Counted from the first letter of the stretch, positions 28,831-38,638 are shown. The stretch is DNA of 64,000 nucleotides from an uncultured Ponticaulis sp. (GCA_963678615.1 OY782947.1:2118688-2182687), one strand, 5' to 3'. Numbers and translations are program-made. The notes: a model not told the origin generated them from the sequence alone.

Positions 28831-29811
28831 ATGACGGACACACCATTTAATGATGTGAGGGATTTGATTGCGCGAATGCCCGACCTGAATTTGCCGAGCG
28901 AGTACAATGCCGATGGCAGCGTACCGCACAACAAATTTGGCCGGCTCACGCGAATCGGAGACTGGCTCAGCGCAAGCCAGCGACGCGAAATCCCTGAAGT
29001 CGAGAAAACGACGCTGGCCCTGTTCGCCGGATCGCATGGCCTTGCCAAATATCAGGTCTCCGTGTCTGACCCGGATGCCACCCGTCATCGCATTGAGAAG
29101 CTGCAAAAAGGCACGCTGCCAACAAACGGTATCGCTGCAGATGCCCGCGCGACCGTGAAAGTCTTTGAACTGGCACTGGAACAGCCAACAGGTGACATTT
29201 CTGTCGAACCGGCCATGTCTGAAAAAGACTGCGCTGCGACAATCGCCTATGGCATGGAAGCCGTAGCGGACACGCCTGACTGTCTGGCGCTCGGCGTTCT
29301 TGGTGTTGGCGGCGGTACAGCCGCAGCCGCCGTTGCCGCCAGCCTTTATGGTGGAGATGCACGCTATTGGGTGCGCGCAGGTGTCGGCCCGACCAGCGAA
29401 GTCAATCTGGCCCGTGAAGCCATCGTCAACAAAGCTGGTGAATTCCACCGCGGGCACCTTCAGGATCCGTTGGAAATTCTGCGCCGTCTGGGCGGCCGCG
29501 AACTGGCAGCCTGTGTCGGTGCAATCATCGCTGCACGCCATCAGGGCGTTCCGGTTCTGCTCGATGGATTTGCGACCTGTGTGGCCGCTGGCATTGTCCA
29601 CAGCCTCAATCCGCGTGGCATTGAACATGTCATGGCAGGTCAGATCACTGATCGGCCATCGCACACAGCGATTCTCGATCGGATTAAGCTCGATCCGGTC
29701 TATGATTTGCGTCTTCAACTCGGCGAAGGCTTTGGTTCAACACTCGCAATTCACGTTTTGCGGGCTGCTGCAATTACACGACGCCTCCAGTCTGAGGCCT
29801 CAAACGGCTAA
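28831..29811 (+). CDS. cobT: Nicotinate-nucleotide:dimethylbenzimidazole phosphoribosyltransferase-like protein, divergent
   Basis: FGRL, VFELAL..PT.DI..EPAM, LGGRELAA, LLDGF, LRLQLGEG.G; several active-site motifs altered. Start set at ATG 28831. Confidence 0.8.
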   Translation: MTDTPFNDVRDLIARMPDLNLPSEYNADGSVPHNKFGRLTRIGDWLSASQRREIPEVEKTTLALFAGSHGLAKYQVSVSDPDATRHRIEKLQKGTLPTNGIAADARATVKVFELALEQPTGDISVEPAMSEKDCAATIAYGMEAVADTPDCLALGVLGVGGGTAAAAVAASLYGGDARYWVRAGVGPTSEVNLAREAIVNKAGEFHRGHLQDPLEILRRLGGRELAACVGAIIAARHQGVPVLLDGFATCVAAGIVHSLNPRGIEHVMAGQITDRPSHTAILDRIKLDPVYDLRLQLGEGFGSTLAIHVLRAAAITRRLQSEASNG

Positions 29812-29851
29812 ATCGACAATTAGACGCAGATAAAATGCGAGATTCTTCACG

Positions 29852-29867
29852 TTTACGTTCGCGTCAT
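29852..29867. promoter_or_regulatory. Degenerate LiuR-like operator TTTACG-TTCG-CGTCAT
   Basis: Matches the 15703/24421 palindrome with mismatches; about 60 nt upstream of the acyl-CoA dehydrogenase pair. Confidence 0.45.
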
Positions 29868-29925
29868 AGGTTGAAGCTAGCAAACTATATTCTATTATCG
29901 CCCCAAACCGTCATGGGAGCATAAT

Positions 29926-31122
29926 ATGAATTTGGAATTCTCGCCGGAGGAAATCGCGTTTCGAGACGAAGTGCGAACATTTATCGAAGAAAACTACCCA
30001 GCTGAGCTGAAAGGCAAAGGTCACCGTGAAGACCTGACACCTGACGAGTTCACTGCCTGGCACAAAATTCTCGGCAAAAAAGGATGGTCTGTACCGTCCT
30101 GGCCGGTTGAGTATGGCGGCACAGGCTGGACCCCAACTCAGAAATATATCTGGTCAGAAGAGAATGCGCGCGCTGACACAATCATGCCGCTTCCATTCGC
30201 TGTCTCAATGGTTGGCCCGGTTATCTACACATTCGGTAGCCAGGAGCACAAAGACCGCTTCCTGCCAGGTATCGTCGACGGCACAACATGGTGGTGTCAG
30301 GGCTTCTCAGAGCCGGGCGCTGGATCTGACCTTGCTGGTCTGAAAACAACAGCTGTTCGCGATGGCGATGAGTGGGTCATTAACGGCCAGAAGACTTGGA
30401 CGACCCTCGGCCATTATGCTGAATGGGGCTTCTTCCTCTGCCGCACAAACCCGGATGCTGCGAAAAAGCAGGAAGGTATTTCCTTCATCCTCGTAAAAAT
30501 GGACACTCCAGGCGTTGAAGTACGTCCAATCATCATGGCCGATGGTGGCCACGAAGTGAACGAAGTCTGGCTGACAGACGTTCGCGTTCCAGTGGACAAT
30601 CTGGTTGGTGAAGAAAACAAAGGCTGGACTTACGCAAAATTCCTTCTCGCTCACGAGCGGACTGGTATTGCAGGCGTTGCACGCTCTAAGCGTGGCATTG
30701 AGCGTCTCCGCGAGATCGCTTCAACTGAAGTCAGCAATGGCAAGCCACTTCTGGAAGATGCAGACTTTGCAGAAAAAATCTGCAAGCTGGAAATCGACCT
30801 GACTGCGCTTGAGTTCACTGAGCTGCGCACCCTGTCTGCAATGCAGGCTGGCAAAGGCCCGGGCCCTGAAAGCTCCCTGCTGAAAATCAAAGGTACTGAG
30901 ATTCAGCAGCGCCTGACAGAGCTCACCATGGAAGCGGTTGGCAATTACGCTCTCCCATATTTCCGCGGGTTCCCGGAAGACGGCGACAACCGTTTCCCAA
31001 TCGGTCCGGATTACGCACACCATTCTGCACCGAACTATTTCAACATGCGTAAAACATCGATCTATGGTGGATCGAATGAGATTCAGCGCAACATCATCGC
31101 CAAAGCCGTACTCGGCCTCTAA
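29926..31122 (+). CDS. Acyl-CoA dehydrogenase, PimC-like large subunit
   Basis: WCQGFSEPGAGSDLAGLKT, NGQKTWTT, SIYGGSNEIQRNIIAK. Confidence 0.93.
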   Translation: MNLEFSPEEIAFRDEVRTFIEENYPAELKGKGHREDLTPDEFTAWHKILGKKGWSVPSWPVEYGGTGWTPTQKYIWSEENARADTIMPLPFAVSMVGPVIYTFGSQEHKDRFLPGIVDGTTWWCQGFSEPGAGSDLAGLKTTAVRDGDEWVINGQKTWTTLGHYAEWGFFLCRTNPDAAKKQEGISFILVKMDTPGVEVRPIIMADGGHEVNEVWLTDVRVPVDNLVGEENKGWTYAKFLLAHERTGIAGVARSKRGIERLREIASTEVSNGKPLLEDADFAEKICKLEIDLTALEFTELRTLSAMQAGKGPGPESSLLKIKGTEIQQRLTELTMEAVGNYALPYFRGFPEDGDNRFPIGPDYAHHSAPNYFNMRKTSIYGGSNEIQRNIIAKAVLGL

Positions 31123-31223
31123 GCTACAACTCAGAACAAAGGGTAGCACTGGCAATTTCGATAGCTCGATCATTTCACTGAACGAGCTATCAATGCGCTG
31201 GACGCTCATAAGGGAGAATAGAC

Positions 31224-32381
31224 GTGGATTTTAATTTCACCGAAGAACAAGGCATGATCCGGGACTCACTGTCTCGTCTGATCCGTGAACAATACGACTT
31301 CGAAACTCGCCGTAATGTTGTGAACTCTGAGTCTGGCTGGCGTCCGGAAATGTGGGCTCAGTTCGCTGAACTCGGTCTTCTGGCAGCTCCATTCTCAGAA
31401 GAAGATGGCGGTCTTGGCGGCAATGCAGTTGACTCCATGGTTGTCATGGAAGAGTTCGGCAAAGGCCTGGTTATCGAACCATTCGTACCATCCGTTGTTG
31501 GCGGTGGTGGCTTCCTGAAGCATGGCGGCAACGCAGCTCAGAAAGAAGAATACCTGGCAGGCATTATTGGCGGCGAAATGATTTTCGCGGTTGCTGCATC
31601 TGAACCACAAAGCCGGTTCAGCATGTCTGATGTCACAACAACAGCGCGCGCAAACGGTTCATCTTACGTGCTCAATGGCCACAAGGCAGTTGTCATGGGT
31701 GCGCCATGGGCCACTCACCTCGTTGTGACAGCTCGCACATCTGGCGGTCAGTATGATGCAGACGGCATTTCTGTCTTCATCGTTCCTAAGTCTGCAAACG
31801 GCGTCGTCACACGTGACTACCCGACTGTTGACGGCTTCCGCGCGTCTGAAGTTTACCTTGAGAACGTGGAAGTTTCTGGCGACGCAATGATCGGCGAAGA
31901 AGGCAAAGGCCTGCCTCTGATCGAGCGCGTTCGTGACGATTCTATCGCTGCGACATGTGCGGAAGCTTGCGGCGCAATGCAGGTGCTTCACGCGCAGACT
32001 CTGGAATATGCAAAGAGCCGTAAGCAGTTCGGCGTTCCGATTTCAACATTCCAGGTTCTGCAACACCGTATGGTCGACATGTTCGTTGAGCATCAGCAGT
32101 CTGTTTCCATGACATATCAGGTCACTCTGCGTCTGGAAGAAGATGCAACAGCCCGCATGAAAGCGGCATCTGCTGCAAAAGTTCAGATCGGCAATTCTGC
32201 TCGTTTCGTTGGTCAGAGTGCAGTTCAGATCCATGGCGGCATGGGCGTAACAGACGAGCTGGCAGCCAGCCACTACTTCAAGCGTCTCACCATGATCGAC
32301 ACTCAGTTCGGCAATGTAGACTACCATCTGCGTCGCTACACTGATCTGTCTGGTGCAGAGATCGCGGCTGCGGCTGAATAA
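31224..32381 (+). CDS. Acyl-CoA dehydrogenase, PimD-like small subunit
   Basis: MDFNFTEEQ, RKQFGVPISTFQVLQHRMVDM, QIHGGMGVTDE; GTG start after gggag. Confidence 0.92.
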   Translation: MDFNFTEEQGMIRDSLSRLIREQYDFETRRNVVNSESGWRPEMWAQFAELGLLAAPFSEEDGGLGGNAVDSMVVMEEFGKGLVIEPFVPSVVGGGGFLKHGGNAAQKEEYLAGIIGGEMIFAVAASEPQSRFSMSDVTTTARANGSSYVLNGHKAVVMGAPWATHLVVTARTSGGQYDADGISVFIVPKSANGVVTRDYPTVDGFRASEVYLENVEVSGDAMIGEEGKGLPLIERVRDDSIAATCAEACGAMQVLHAQTLEYAKSRKQFGVPISTFQVLQHRMVDMFVEHQQSVSMTYQVTLRLEEDATARMKAASAAKVQIGNSARFVGQSAVQIHGGMGVTDELAASHYFKRLTMIDTQFGNVDYHLRRYTDLSGAEIAAAAE

Positions 32382-32400
32382 GCCGAGCGGTACACAGCTT

Positions 32401-32439
32401 AAAAAGACGCCCATCCTGTTCAACAGGATGGGCGTTTTT
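32401..32439. terminator. Bidirectional intrinsic terminator
   Basis: aaaaag-acgcccatcctg-ttcaa-caggatgggcgt-tttt. Confidence 0.9.
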
Positions 32440-32462
32440 CTGTCCGGCGGTGAGGGCCTGAA

Positions 32463-33257
32463 TCAGGCGTTATCGCAAATATTCAGAACCCCTTTAGAGA
32501 CCAGCGTCTCCCACGCCTCTTCAGGGCTGTTGGCATAAGAGAACAGTTTCAGATCGTCTTGAGAAATTGTGCCAGCCTCAAGGAGCGTTTCCATATTCAG
32601 GAAGCTTTTCCAGAAGTCTTCATCGTAGAGCACAATCGGAACCGGTTGATCGATCTTGAGTGTCTGGCGCAGAGTGAGCAGTTCAAACAACTCATCCATC
32701 GTGCCAAATCCGCCGGGAAAAACTGCGAGACCATTTGCGCGCATTGCCAAGTGCATCTTGCGCATATTGAAGTAGTGGAAATTGAAAGTCAGGTCAGGCG
32801 TCGAATAAGCATTCGGCTCCTGTTCGAACGGCAGAGTAATGTTGAAGCCCACCGATGGCGCACCAACATCATGGGCGCCGCGATTGGCCGCTTCCATAAT
32901 GCCCGGGCCGCCGCCCGTTGCGATGACATTGTCCCGCATACGTCCTTCAGTAAACAAGGAGCCGCCGTGTTTCGCGGCGAGCTGTCCGAATTTGCGCGCG
33001 TCATTATACCATTTGGCGTGGCGTTCCGGTCCATCCGGGCGGAAGCGGGCCGAGCCGAACACGACAAGTGTTGAGCGAACGCCCCATTCGCGCAAATGCT
33101 CCTCAGCCTTTTGATATTCCAGCATGAAGCGCGCACCGCGCATGGAATCGCCAAGCAGGAAGTCTGCGTCGAACGCAGCCAGCTTATACGCTGGAGACGC
33201 CATATTGGCTTCGACAGATGGATGGGCCTGAACGTCAGGAAGAACTTTTTTGATCAT
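32463..33257 (-). CDS. LOG/SLOG family nucleotide-binding protein (TIGR00730-like)
   Basis: VVFGSAR, TGGGPGIMEAANRGA, PGGFGTMDELFE. Confidence 0.9.
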   Translation of the reverse strand: MIKKVLPDVQAHPSVEANMASPAYKLAAFDADFLLGDSMRGARFMLEYQKAEEHLREWGVRSTLVVFGSARFRPDGPERHAKWYNDARKFGQLAAKHGGSLFTEGRMRDNVIATGGGPGIMEAANRGAHDVGAPSVGFNITLPFEQEPNAYSTPDLTFNFHYFNMRKMHLAMRANGLAVFPGGFGTMDELFELLTLRQTLKIDQPVPIVLYDEDFWKSFLNMETLLEAGTISQDDLKLFSYANSPEEAWETLVSKGVLNICDNA

Positions 33258-33295
33258 AATCAGAGAAATAGGCGCTTCCCGGCAGGCTTACCACT

Positions 33296-33712
33296 CTAAT
33301 CCGGTCTGAAATGCATCACGACGCGGCGATTATGCGGCGCATTTCGGTGTTCAAACAGATAGATACCTTGCCAGGTGCCCAGCATGAGCCGACCACCCGC
33401 CACGGGTATAGAGAGGTTCACCTGCGTTAGCGCGGATTTGATATGCGCGGGCATATCATCCGGCCCTTCATCGCGATGGAGAATATAGCTCATGGACGGG
33501 TCATTTGTGTCCGGCACGAGCCGCTCAAAAAATGCCTGCAGATCGCGGATCACATCCGGGTCGGCATTTTCCTGAATGGTGAGCGAAGCTGATGTGTGCT
33601 GGCAGAACAGCGTCAACAGGCCAGCCCCCTGCCCGCGCACAAACGCTGCCGCGTCTGAGGTAAACTCATATAGCCCCGGCCCGCGGGTGGAGAGGGAATG
33701 CGTTTGGATCAT
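33296..33712 (-). CDS. yjbQ: YjbQ/UPF0047 family protein
   Basis: HTSASLTIQENADPDV, HRDEGPDDMPAHIKSAL, LGTWQGIYLFEHR. Confidence 0.93.
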   Translation of the reverse strand: MIQTHSLSTRGPGLYEFTSDAAAFVRGQGAGLLTLFCQHTSASLTIQENADPDVIRDLQAFFERLVPDTNDPSMSYILHRDEGPDDMPAHIKSALTQVNLSIPVAGGRLMLGTWQGIYLFEHRNAPHNRRVVMHFRPD

Positions 33713-33733
33713 TCCCTTTTGAACCTCAGTTTA

Positions 33734-35530
33734 TCAGCCAAGTAAATCCGCAGGCACTTTTACCGGGAAATCCAGCAATTGCTGGGCTTTGCCTTTGGCA
33801 AGCGGATCAATGCGGAGGCTGGCAAACTGACCGCCACCAAGCGAGTCTTTCAGATGAAAATTCAGGGCATTGAGGCCGGGCAGTTCGTAAATATCAAGCT
33901 GCGGGTTCACCGCGCCTTCATACTCATGCGCGAAATAGGTCATGACCGCGTCTTTGGTGAGAGCCGCGCGAATGTAAGGCAAATATTCCGGCTTGCGGGC
34001 AATGACGCCCACATTAAAGGCATCGCCCTTATCGCCTGACCGGGCCCAGGCAAGGTCGATCAGCTCTTTCTCAACAAAGCTTTCCTCGACCTTCGCGGTT
34101 TCTCCAGCGTCAGGGCGGTTGACCATAGACAGGTTGAACGGCGTTGCCGGGGCTGGACCGTCCACAGTGAACTCCTTGCCATCAAGGACCACAGTGGCGG
34201 GCACGCCTTCGGTCGGAACAGTGAAAGAGAACACCTTCATCACTGGCGTGATCTGTGCGCGCGCACCGAACCAGCATGTCGTACCAGCAGACATGGACGT
34301 GGCAGGCGCATCCCACTCCCGCACAAACACATTGAGCGCGGCTTCCTCGTCATGCTCCACAGCAAGCTTTGACATGACTTCACGCACATCACGGGCGCGC
34401 GAGTTTGCGCCATAACTTGATTCAGCCCCTATGGATTCAAGACGTTTGGCACGGAATGGGCCCATCTGACGATCGCGCAGCATTTCCTCAACGCGCGTGA
34501 TGATGGCCTCCATCTGGCGCTCTGCCTTCAGCGCAGCCTGACGACCGAGAACCGGCATAAAGGCCATACACCGATAGCCGTCCTTATGCGTCAGCGAGAC
34601 CTTGTAGCGCCCTGTCGCTGGATAGCCGATACAATTGGTAACGCGAACCCGGTTTTCGCCGGTTTGTTCCAGCTTCAGCTGCGTAAAATCACACACAACA
34701 TCCGGCAGCATATAGGCTTGCGGATCGCCAACTTCGTACAGTGTCTGTTCGGCGATCACGGCAGGCGTAATCAAGCCACCAGTGCCTGCAGGTTTGGCGA
34801 CCGTAAAGGCGCCATCCGCCTCGCACTCAACAATAGGATAGCCAATATGCGCCCAATCCGGCACGTCTTCCCAGTCAGTGAAGAGACCGCCCGAGCCTTG
34901 TGCACCGCACTCAATGATATGCCCGGCAAGAGAGCCCGCCGACAGCTTGTCCCAATCATCTTCTGCCCAGCCAAATTCATGCACGAGCGGGCCGAGCGTC
35001 AGCGCCGAATCCACCGCGCGGCCCGTGATAACAATATCAGCCCCAGCCGCCAGCGCTGCCGCAATCGGACGCGCACCAAGATAGGCGTTGGCCGTGACGA
35101 CCTTTTCTAGGTCCGGGAAGGCATCACCTTTAAAGAGCTCCGTCACACCGGCTTTTGCGAAATCGGGAACGCGCGGTAACAGGTCATCGCCCTCAACCAC
35201 GGCAATCTTGAAACTCAGCCCGGCTTCTTCAGCCATCGCTTTCATGCGAGCGACGCAGGCGCGCGGATTCAATCCGCCCGCATTGGTGATGAGCCTGGTG
35301 CCCGTCTCTTTCAGACGGTGCATATTTTCTTTCCAGATCCAGTCTACAAGGTCGAGCGCATAGCCGAGCTGGTCGTGCTTTGCCTTCATCTGTCCAAGCG
35401 CCGACATCGTCGCCTCAGCCAGATAATCCATCACCAGATAATCAACACCCGCTTCAATGAGCTGGCGCGGAGCGACGGAGGAATCTCCGTAAAAGCCACC
35501 CCCACCGCCAATCTTGATAATCTTGCTCAT
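33734..35530 (-). CDS. atuA: Acyclic terpene utilization AtuA family protein (DUF1446)
   Basis: GFYGDS, DYLAE, NAYLGA, GHIIECGAQ, C-terminal ARSGDKGD and IDPLAKG. Confidence 0.9.
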   Translation of the reverse strand: MSKIIKIGGGGGFYGDSSVAPRQLIEAGVDYLVMDYLAEATMSALGQMKAKHDQLGYALDLVDWIWKENMHRLKETGTRLITNAGGLNPRACVARMKAMAEEAGLSFKIAVVEGDDLLPRVPDFAKAGVTELFKGDAFPDLEKVVTANAYLGARPIAAALAAGADIVITGRAVDSALTLGPLVHEFGWAEDDWDKLSAGSLAGHIIECGAQGSGGLFTDWEDVPDWAHIGYPIVECEADGAFTVAKPAGTGGLITPAVIAEQTLYEVGDPQAYMLPDVVCDFTQLKLEQTGENRVRVTNCIGYPATGRYKVSLTHKDGYRCMAFMPVLGRQAALKAERQMEAIITRVEEMLRDRQMGPFRAKRLESIGAESSYGANSRARDVREVMSKLAVEHDEEAALNVFVREWDAPATSMSAGTTCWFGARAQITPVMKVFSFTVPTEGVPATVVLDGKEFTVDGPAPATPFNLSMVNRPDAGETAKVEESFVEKELIDLAWARSGDKGDAFNVGVIARKPEYLPYIRAALTKDAVMTYFAHEYEGAVNPQLDIYELPGLNALNFHLKDSLGGGQFASLRIDPLAKGKAQQLLDFPVKVPADLLG

Positions 35531-35660
35531 GTCTACGCCTCTCCCGATCTTGTTTTTTGAGACCGTAGCGCAGCTTCATATGCCTTTTCCATGGTGACGC
35601 AGCGACAATAGAACGGTATTTATTTTCGTGAAAGTTTAAAGCGAACAAGGGGAAATCGTC

Positions 35661-36515
35661 ATGCGCTGGAAAGAGGGCCGCACAGGCGGGAATGTTGAAG
35701 ACCGCCGTGGAAGTGGGGGCGGAAAAGCAGCGGCAGGCGGCGGCCTTGGCATTATCGTAATCGCCTTGGTCGGCTATTTCGTTTTCGGTATCAGCCCGGA
35801 CCAGACCATGAAGCTTGCCAGTCAGTTTGGCGGCGCAGGCTCAAGCGAACAGGTTGACGGCCAGCGCGGCACTCCGGCTGATGAAGCGGGCAAATTTGTC
35901 GACATTATTGGCGCCAATGTGAACGATGTCTGGAGCCAGATGTATAGCGGCTATAAAGAGCCAACTGTCGTCATCTATAATACCGGCACCCAGACCGGCG
36001 GCTGTGGCTATGGTCAGGCCGCGATGGGCCCGTTCTACTGCCCGGCTGACCAGAAGGTCTATCTGGATCTGGAATTCTGGCAGACAATGGAAACACAGCT
36101 TGGCGCATCCGGTGCAGACTTTGCCCGCGCCTATGTGATCGCCCATGAATTTGGTCACCATGTGCAAACGCTGATGGGAACCAATTCGAAAGTGCGCAAA
36201 GCCCAACAGGCGGCACGCTCTAAAGCCGAAGCCAACCAGTTTCAGGTCGCAATGGAATTGCAGGCCGATTGCTATGCTGGCGTCTGGGCCGCAAATGCCG
36301 CCAAGGTTTCTGGCGGTCGCGTCTCAATGGATGCGGCTGACATCGCCGAAGGCATGAAAACAGCCAAGGCAATCGGCGATGATGCTCTGATGCGCAATGC
36401 AGGCCAGAAAGTCGTTCCGGAAGCCTTCACTCATGGCTCGTCTGAACAACGCATGGCGTGGCTGAAACGCGGATACCAGACCGGTGATCCGCGCCAGTGC
36501 AACACATTTGACTAA
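35661..36515 (+). CDS. Neutral zinc metallopeptidase (YpfJ-like)
   Basis: NVEDRRG, GPFYCPAD, AHEFGHHVQ, ELQADCYAG, FTHGSSEQR. Confidence 0.93.
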   Translation: MRWKEGRTGGNVEDRRGSGGGKAAAGGGLGIIVIALVGYFVFGISPDQTMKLASQFGGAGSSEQVDGQRGTPADEAGKFVDIIGANVNDVWSQMYSGYKEPTVVIYNTGTQTGGCGYGQAAMGPFYCPADQKVYLDLEFWQTMETQLGASGADFARAYVIAHEFGHHVQTLMGTNSKVRKAQQAARSKAEANQFQVAMELQADCYAGVWAANAAKVSGGRVSMDAADIAEGMKTAKAIGDDALMRNAGQKVVPEAFTHGSSEQRMAWLKRGYQTGDPRQCNTFD

Positions 36516-36532
36516 AGCCAGGCCCTGGCAGC

Positions 36533-37999
36533 TCAGTTTTGCTGCCAGTTATCCGGAAACCATGTCCCATTGAGAATGTCGTCACCAGGTCCATAAAGAC
36601 GCATGACGACATTCAGCGGGATATCCTTAGATTTCGCATTCGGTATCCAGTTCGCCAGATAGCTTTCATCTTTTGGTGGCTCCGGGGAAATGAACACCCG
36701 CAGGGATCCGTCCGGCTCAATCTTCAGACCGGGCGTGTTGTCGCCAATCCGGTATTTATTTGCGTCATTGTCGATCAGCTGCGCAGTATCGGAGTTGTAA
36801 AGCGTGATCGACCAGAACTCTTTAACTGGCGGTGCAACAGCGAGGCGCAGCTCGTAAGACTTGCCGCCCGTCATGTCCTTTTTGTCGGCATCTTTCGTCG
36901 TGGTCAGATAAACCGACTCTTCCTTCGTATTCACGAGAATGCCGTACTCCATCAGACTCGCGCGCAATAACCACGACCATTCAGGCGTGGAAAGCTCAGG
37001 CGGGGTCAGGCGCCAGCCTGACAGGCGCCCCGCCAATGGCGATGTGCGGATCATGCGCTGGCTATCAAACGCGGCCTGTTTGAGCGCAGATTTGAAGACC
37101 GGATTGTCCGGCATGCCCGCGCCCGGTATGATTTCTTCAAAAATCTCAGCCGACACCAGATCTTTTCCGTAAGGCGGGTTACGTTCCAGAATTTGCTTGT
37201 AATTGTTGAAGATGGCTGTGGTCTGACGTGCATTCGGATCAATCAGCTCATAACTGCGACCCGGCAGAACATTCGTCTTTTTCGGCACACCTGTCGCCGC
37301 CTGAAGGCCTTCGACAGTGACCAGATCAAGAGCCGCCTGCGCAAGTTTCACATCTTCCGGCACTTCCGGACTCACCCGGATTCGGCCAAGCAGCGCGACC
37401 GTATTTGTTGGAGAGTTAAGGCGGATCACACCGTCAGGAAGATCGCCCGTCCAGCCCGGCCCAACCAGTGCCACGCGCTGATCACCGCCAGCATGGGTCT
37501 GGCTGGATACATTCGCGATAATATTGTGCCAGGCATCCACGAACATGAACGTGAAATACCGGTCGTCTTCGATCGGCGGAATGGTCAGAATTTGCGGCTG
37601 CTCTGCCAGATCGAAATAGGACACGATGTTCAATACATCGAGGTTCGGCGTGACATAGATTTTGTCGCCAGCCTTGGGCGGGTCTCTGTATTTCAACAGC
37701 GTGTTGATCTGCGCGCCATGTTCCTCAACGAATTTGTATTCCTCAAGGATCATCCGCCAGCGGCCATAAAACCAGATATAGGCCTGCCCGCCGAGATCAT
37801 AGGCATATTTCTCAGCGAATTCAGCGACCGGATACGGTTCGATATCGTTCAAATCTGAGGCTGTGGCCGCACTGCCAGAAGGCGCAACCGCACGGATCGC
37901 GACAGCGACCGTCTTATTACGGGCCACGAACACAGCCGTCACCGCGCTGACGGCCAGCATGACCAAAAGGATTACACCAAATTTCAGAAATGTTTTCAC
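36533..37999 (-). CDS. DUF1254/DUF1214 family protein
   Basis: TPNLDVL...FDL, RYFTFMFVDAWHN, PPVKEFWSITLYN, MRLYGP. Probable GTG start at 37999 after ggaggg (ORF track start 38047). Confidence 0.85.
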   Translation of the reverse strand: MKTFLKFGVILLVMLAVSAVTAVFVARNKTVAVAIRAVAPSGSAATASDLNDIEPYPVAEFAEKYAYDLGGQAYIWFYGRWRMILEEYKFVEEHGAQINTLLKYRDPPKAGDKIYVTPNLDVLNIVSYFDLAEQPQILTIPPIEDDRYFTFMFVDAWHNIIANVSSQTHAGGDQRVALVGPGWTGDLPDGVIRLNSPTNTVALLGRIRVSPEVPEDVKLAQAALDLVTVEGLQAATGVPKKTNVLPGRSYELIDPNARQTTAIFNNYKQILERNPPYGKDLVSAEIFEEIIPGAGMPDNPVFKSALKQAAFDSQRMIRTSPLAGRLSGWRLTPPELSTPEWSWLLRASLMEYGILVNTKEESVYLTTTKDADKKDMTGGKSYELRLAVAPPVKEFWSITLYNSDTAQLIDNDANKYRIGDNTPGLKIEPDGSLRVFISPEPPKDESYLANWIPNAKSKDIPLNVVMRLYGPGDDILNGTWFPDNWQQN

Positions 38000-38173
38000 A
38001 ACCAGTCCCTCCGCCGAATACCGGGTCAGGACAGGTATGACAAACACCCATTTTAATTACAATGAATTATTTTAATCTGAATATATCAGGCAATTAGCCT
38101 CACCTAGCGTTAATATGAATTCATTTGAATTATATCAGGCGTATATACGTCCAGGAAGATCGCAAGCTCTCGA

Positions 38174-38638
38174 TCAGAATAACTGCCGCTTATCCGGATG
38201 AGACATGGTTTGCGCCTCGGTATCAGCCAGGTTGATACCAAGGGCAGCTGCACCCGCTTCCAGATAGTCGCCGAGCATCGGCATGCCGGAGAGATAATGC
38301 GCGACATCGCCGTTATCGCGTTCGGCCGCGAGCTTACGGGCCTCGTCCCATTCATCACCGTCAAAGTCACCGCGGCCAATCCAGACCAGCGCGACCAGCG
38401 TTTCCTGCTCTTCCATGCTGAGACCGGCAATGCCTTCCAGAAGGACCTGTTCAGCCGGGTTGTCCGCCTGATCTTCCAGAACGGAAACCTCGCCGTCATC
38501 CATGTCGTTAGAGCCTTCGTCTTCATCGACTTCATCAACGGTCGCGTCGAAAGCGCGTGCTTCGAGAATGATGGCCGCGATTGTATCATCGGAGACACCG
38601 AGGTCTTCAACCTTACGGCCTGTGTCAATGGTTCTCAT
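38174..38638 (-). CDS. DUF3775 domain protein
   Basis: LVALVWIGRGDF...W..A and YL.GMPMLGDYLEAG; acidic. Confidence 0.88.
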   Translation of the reverse strand: MRTIDTGRKVEDLGVSDDTIAAIILEARAFDATVDEVDEDEGSNDMDDGEVSVLEDQADNPAEQVLLEGIAGLSMEEQETLVALVWIGRGDFDGDEWDEARKLAAERDNGDVAHYLSGMPMLGDYLEAGAAALGINLADTEAQTMSHPDKRQLF

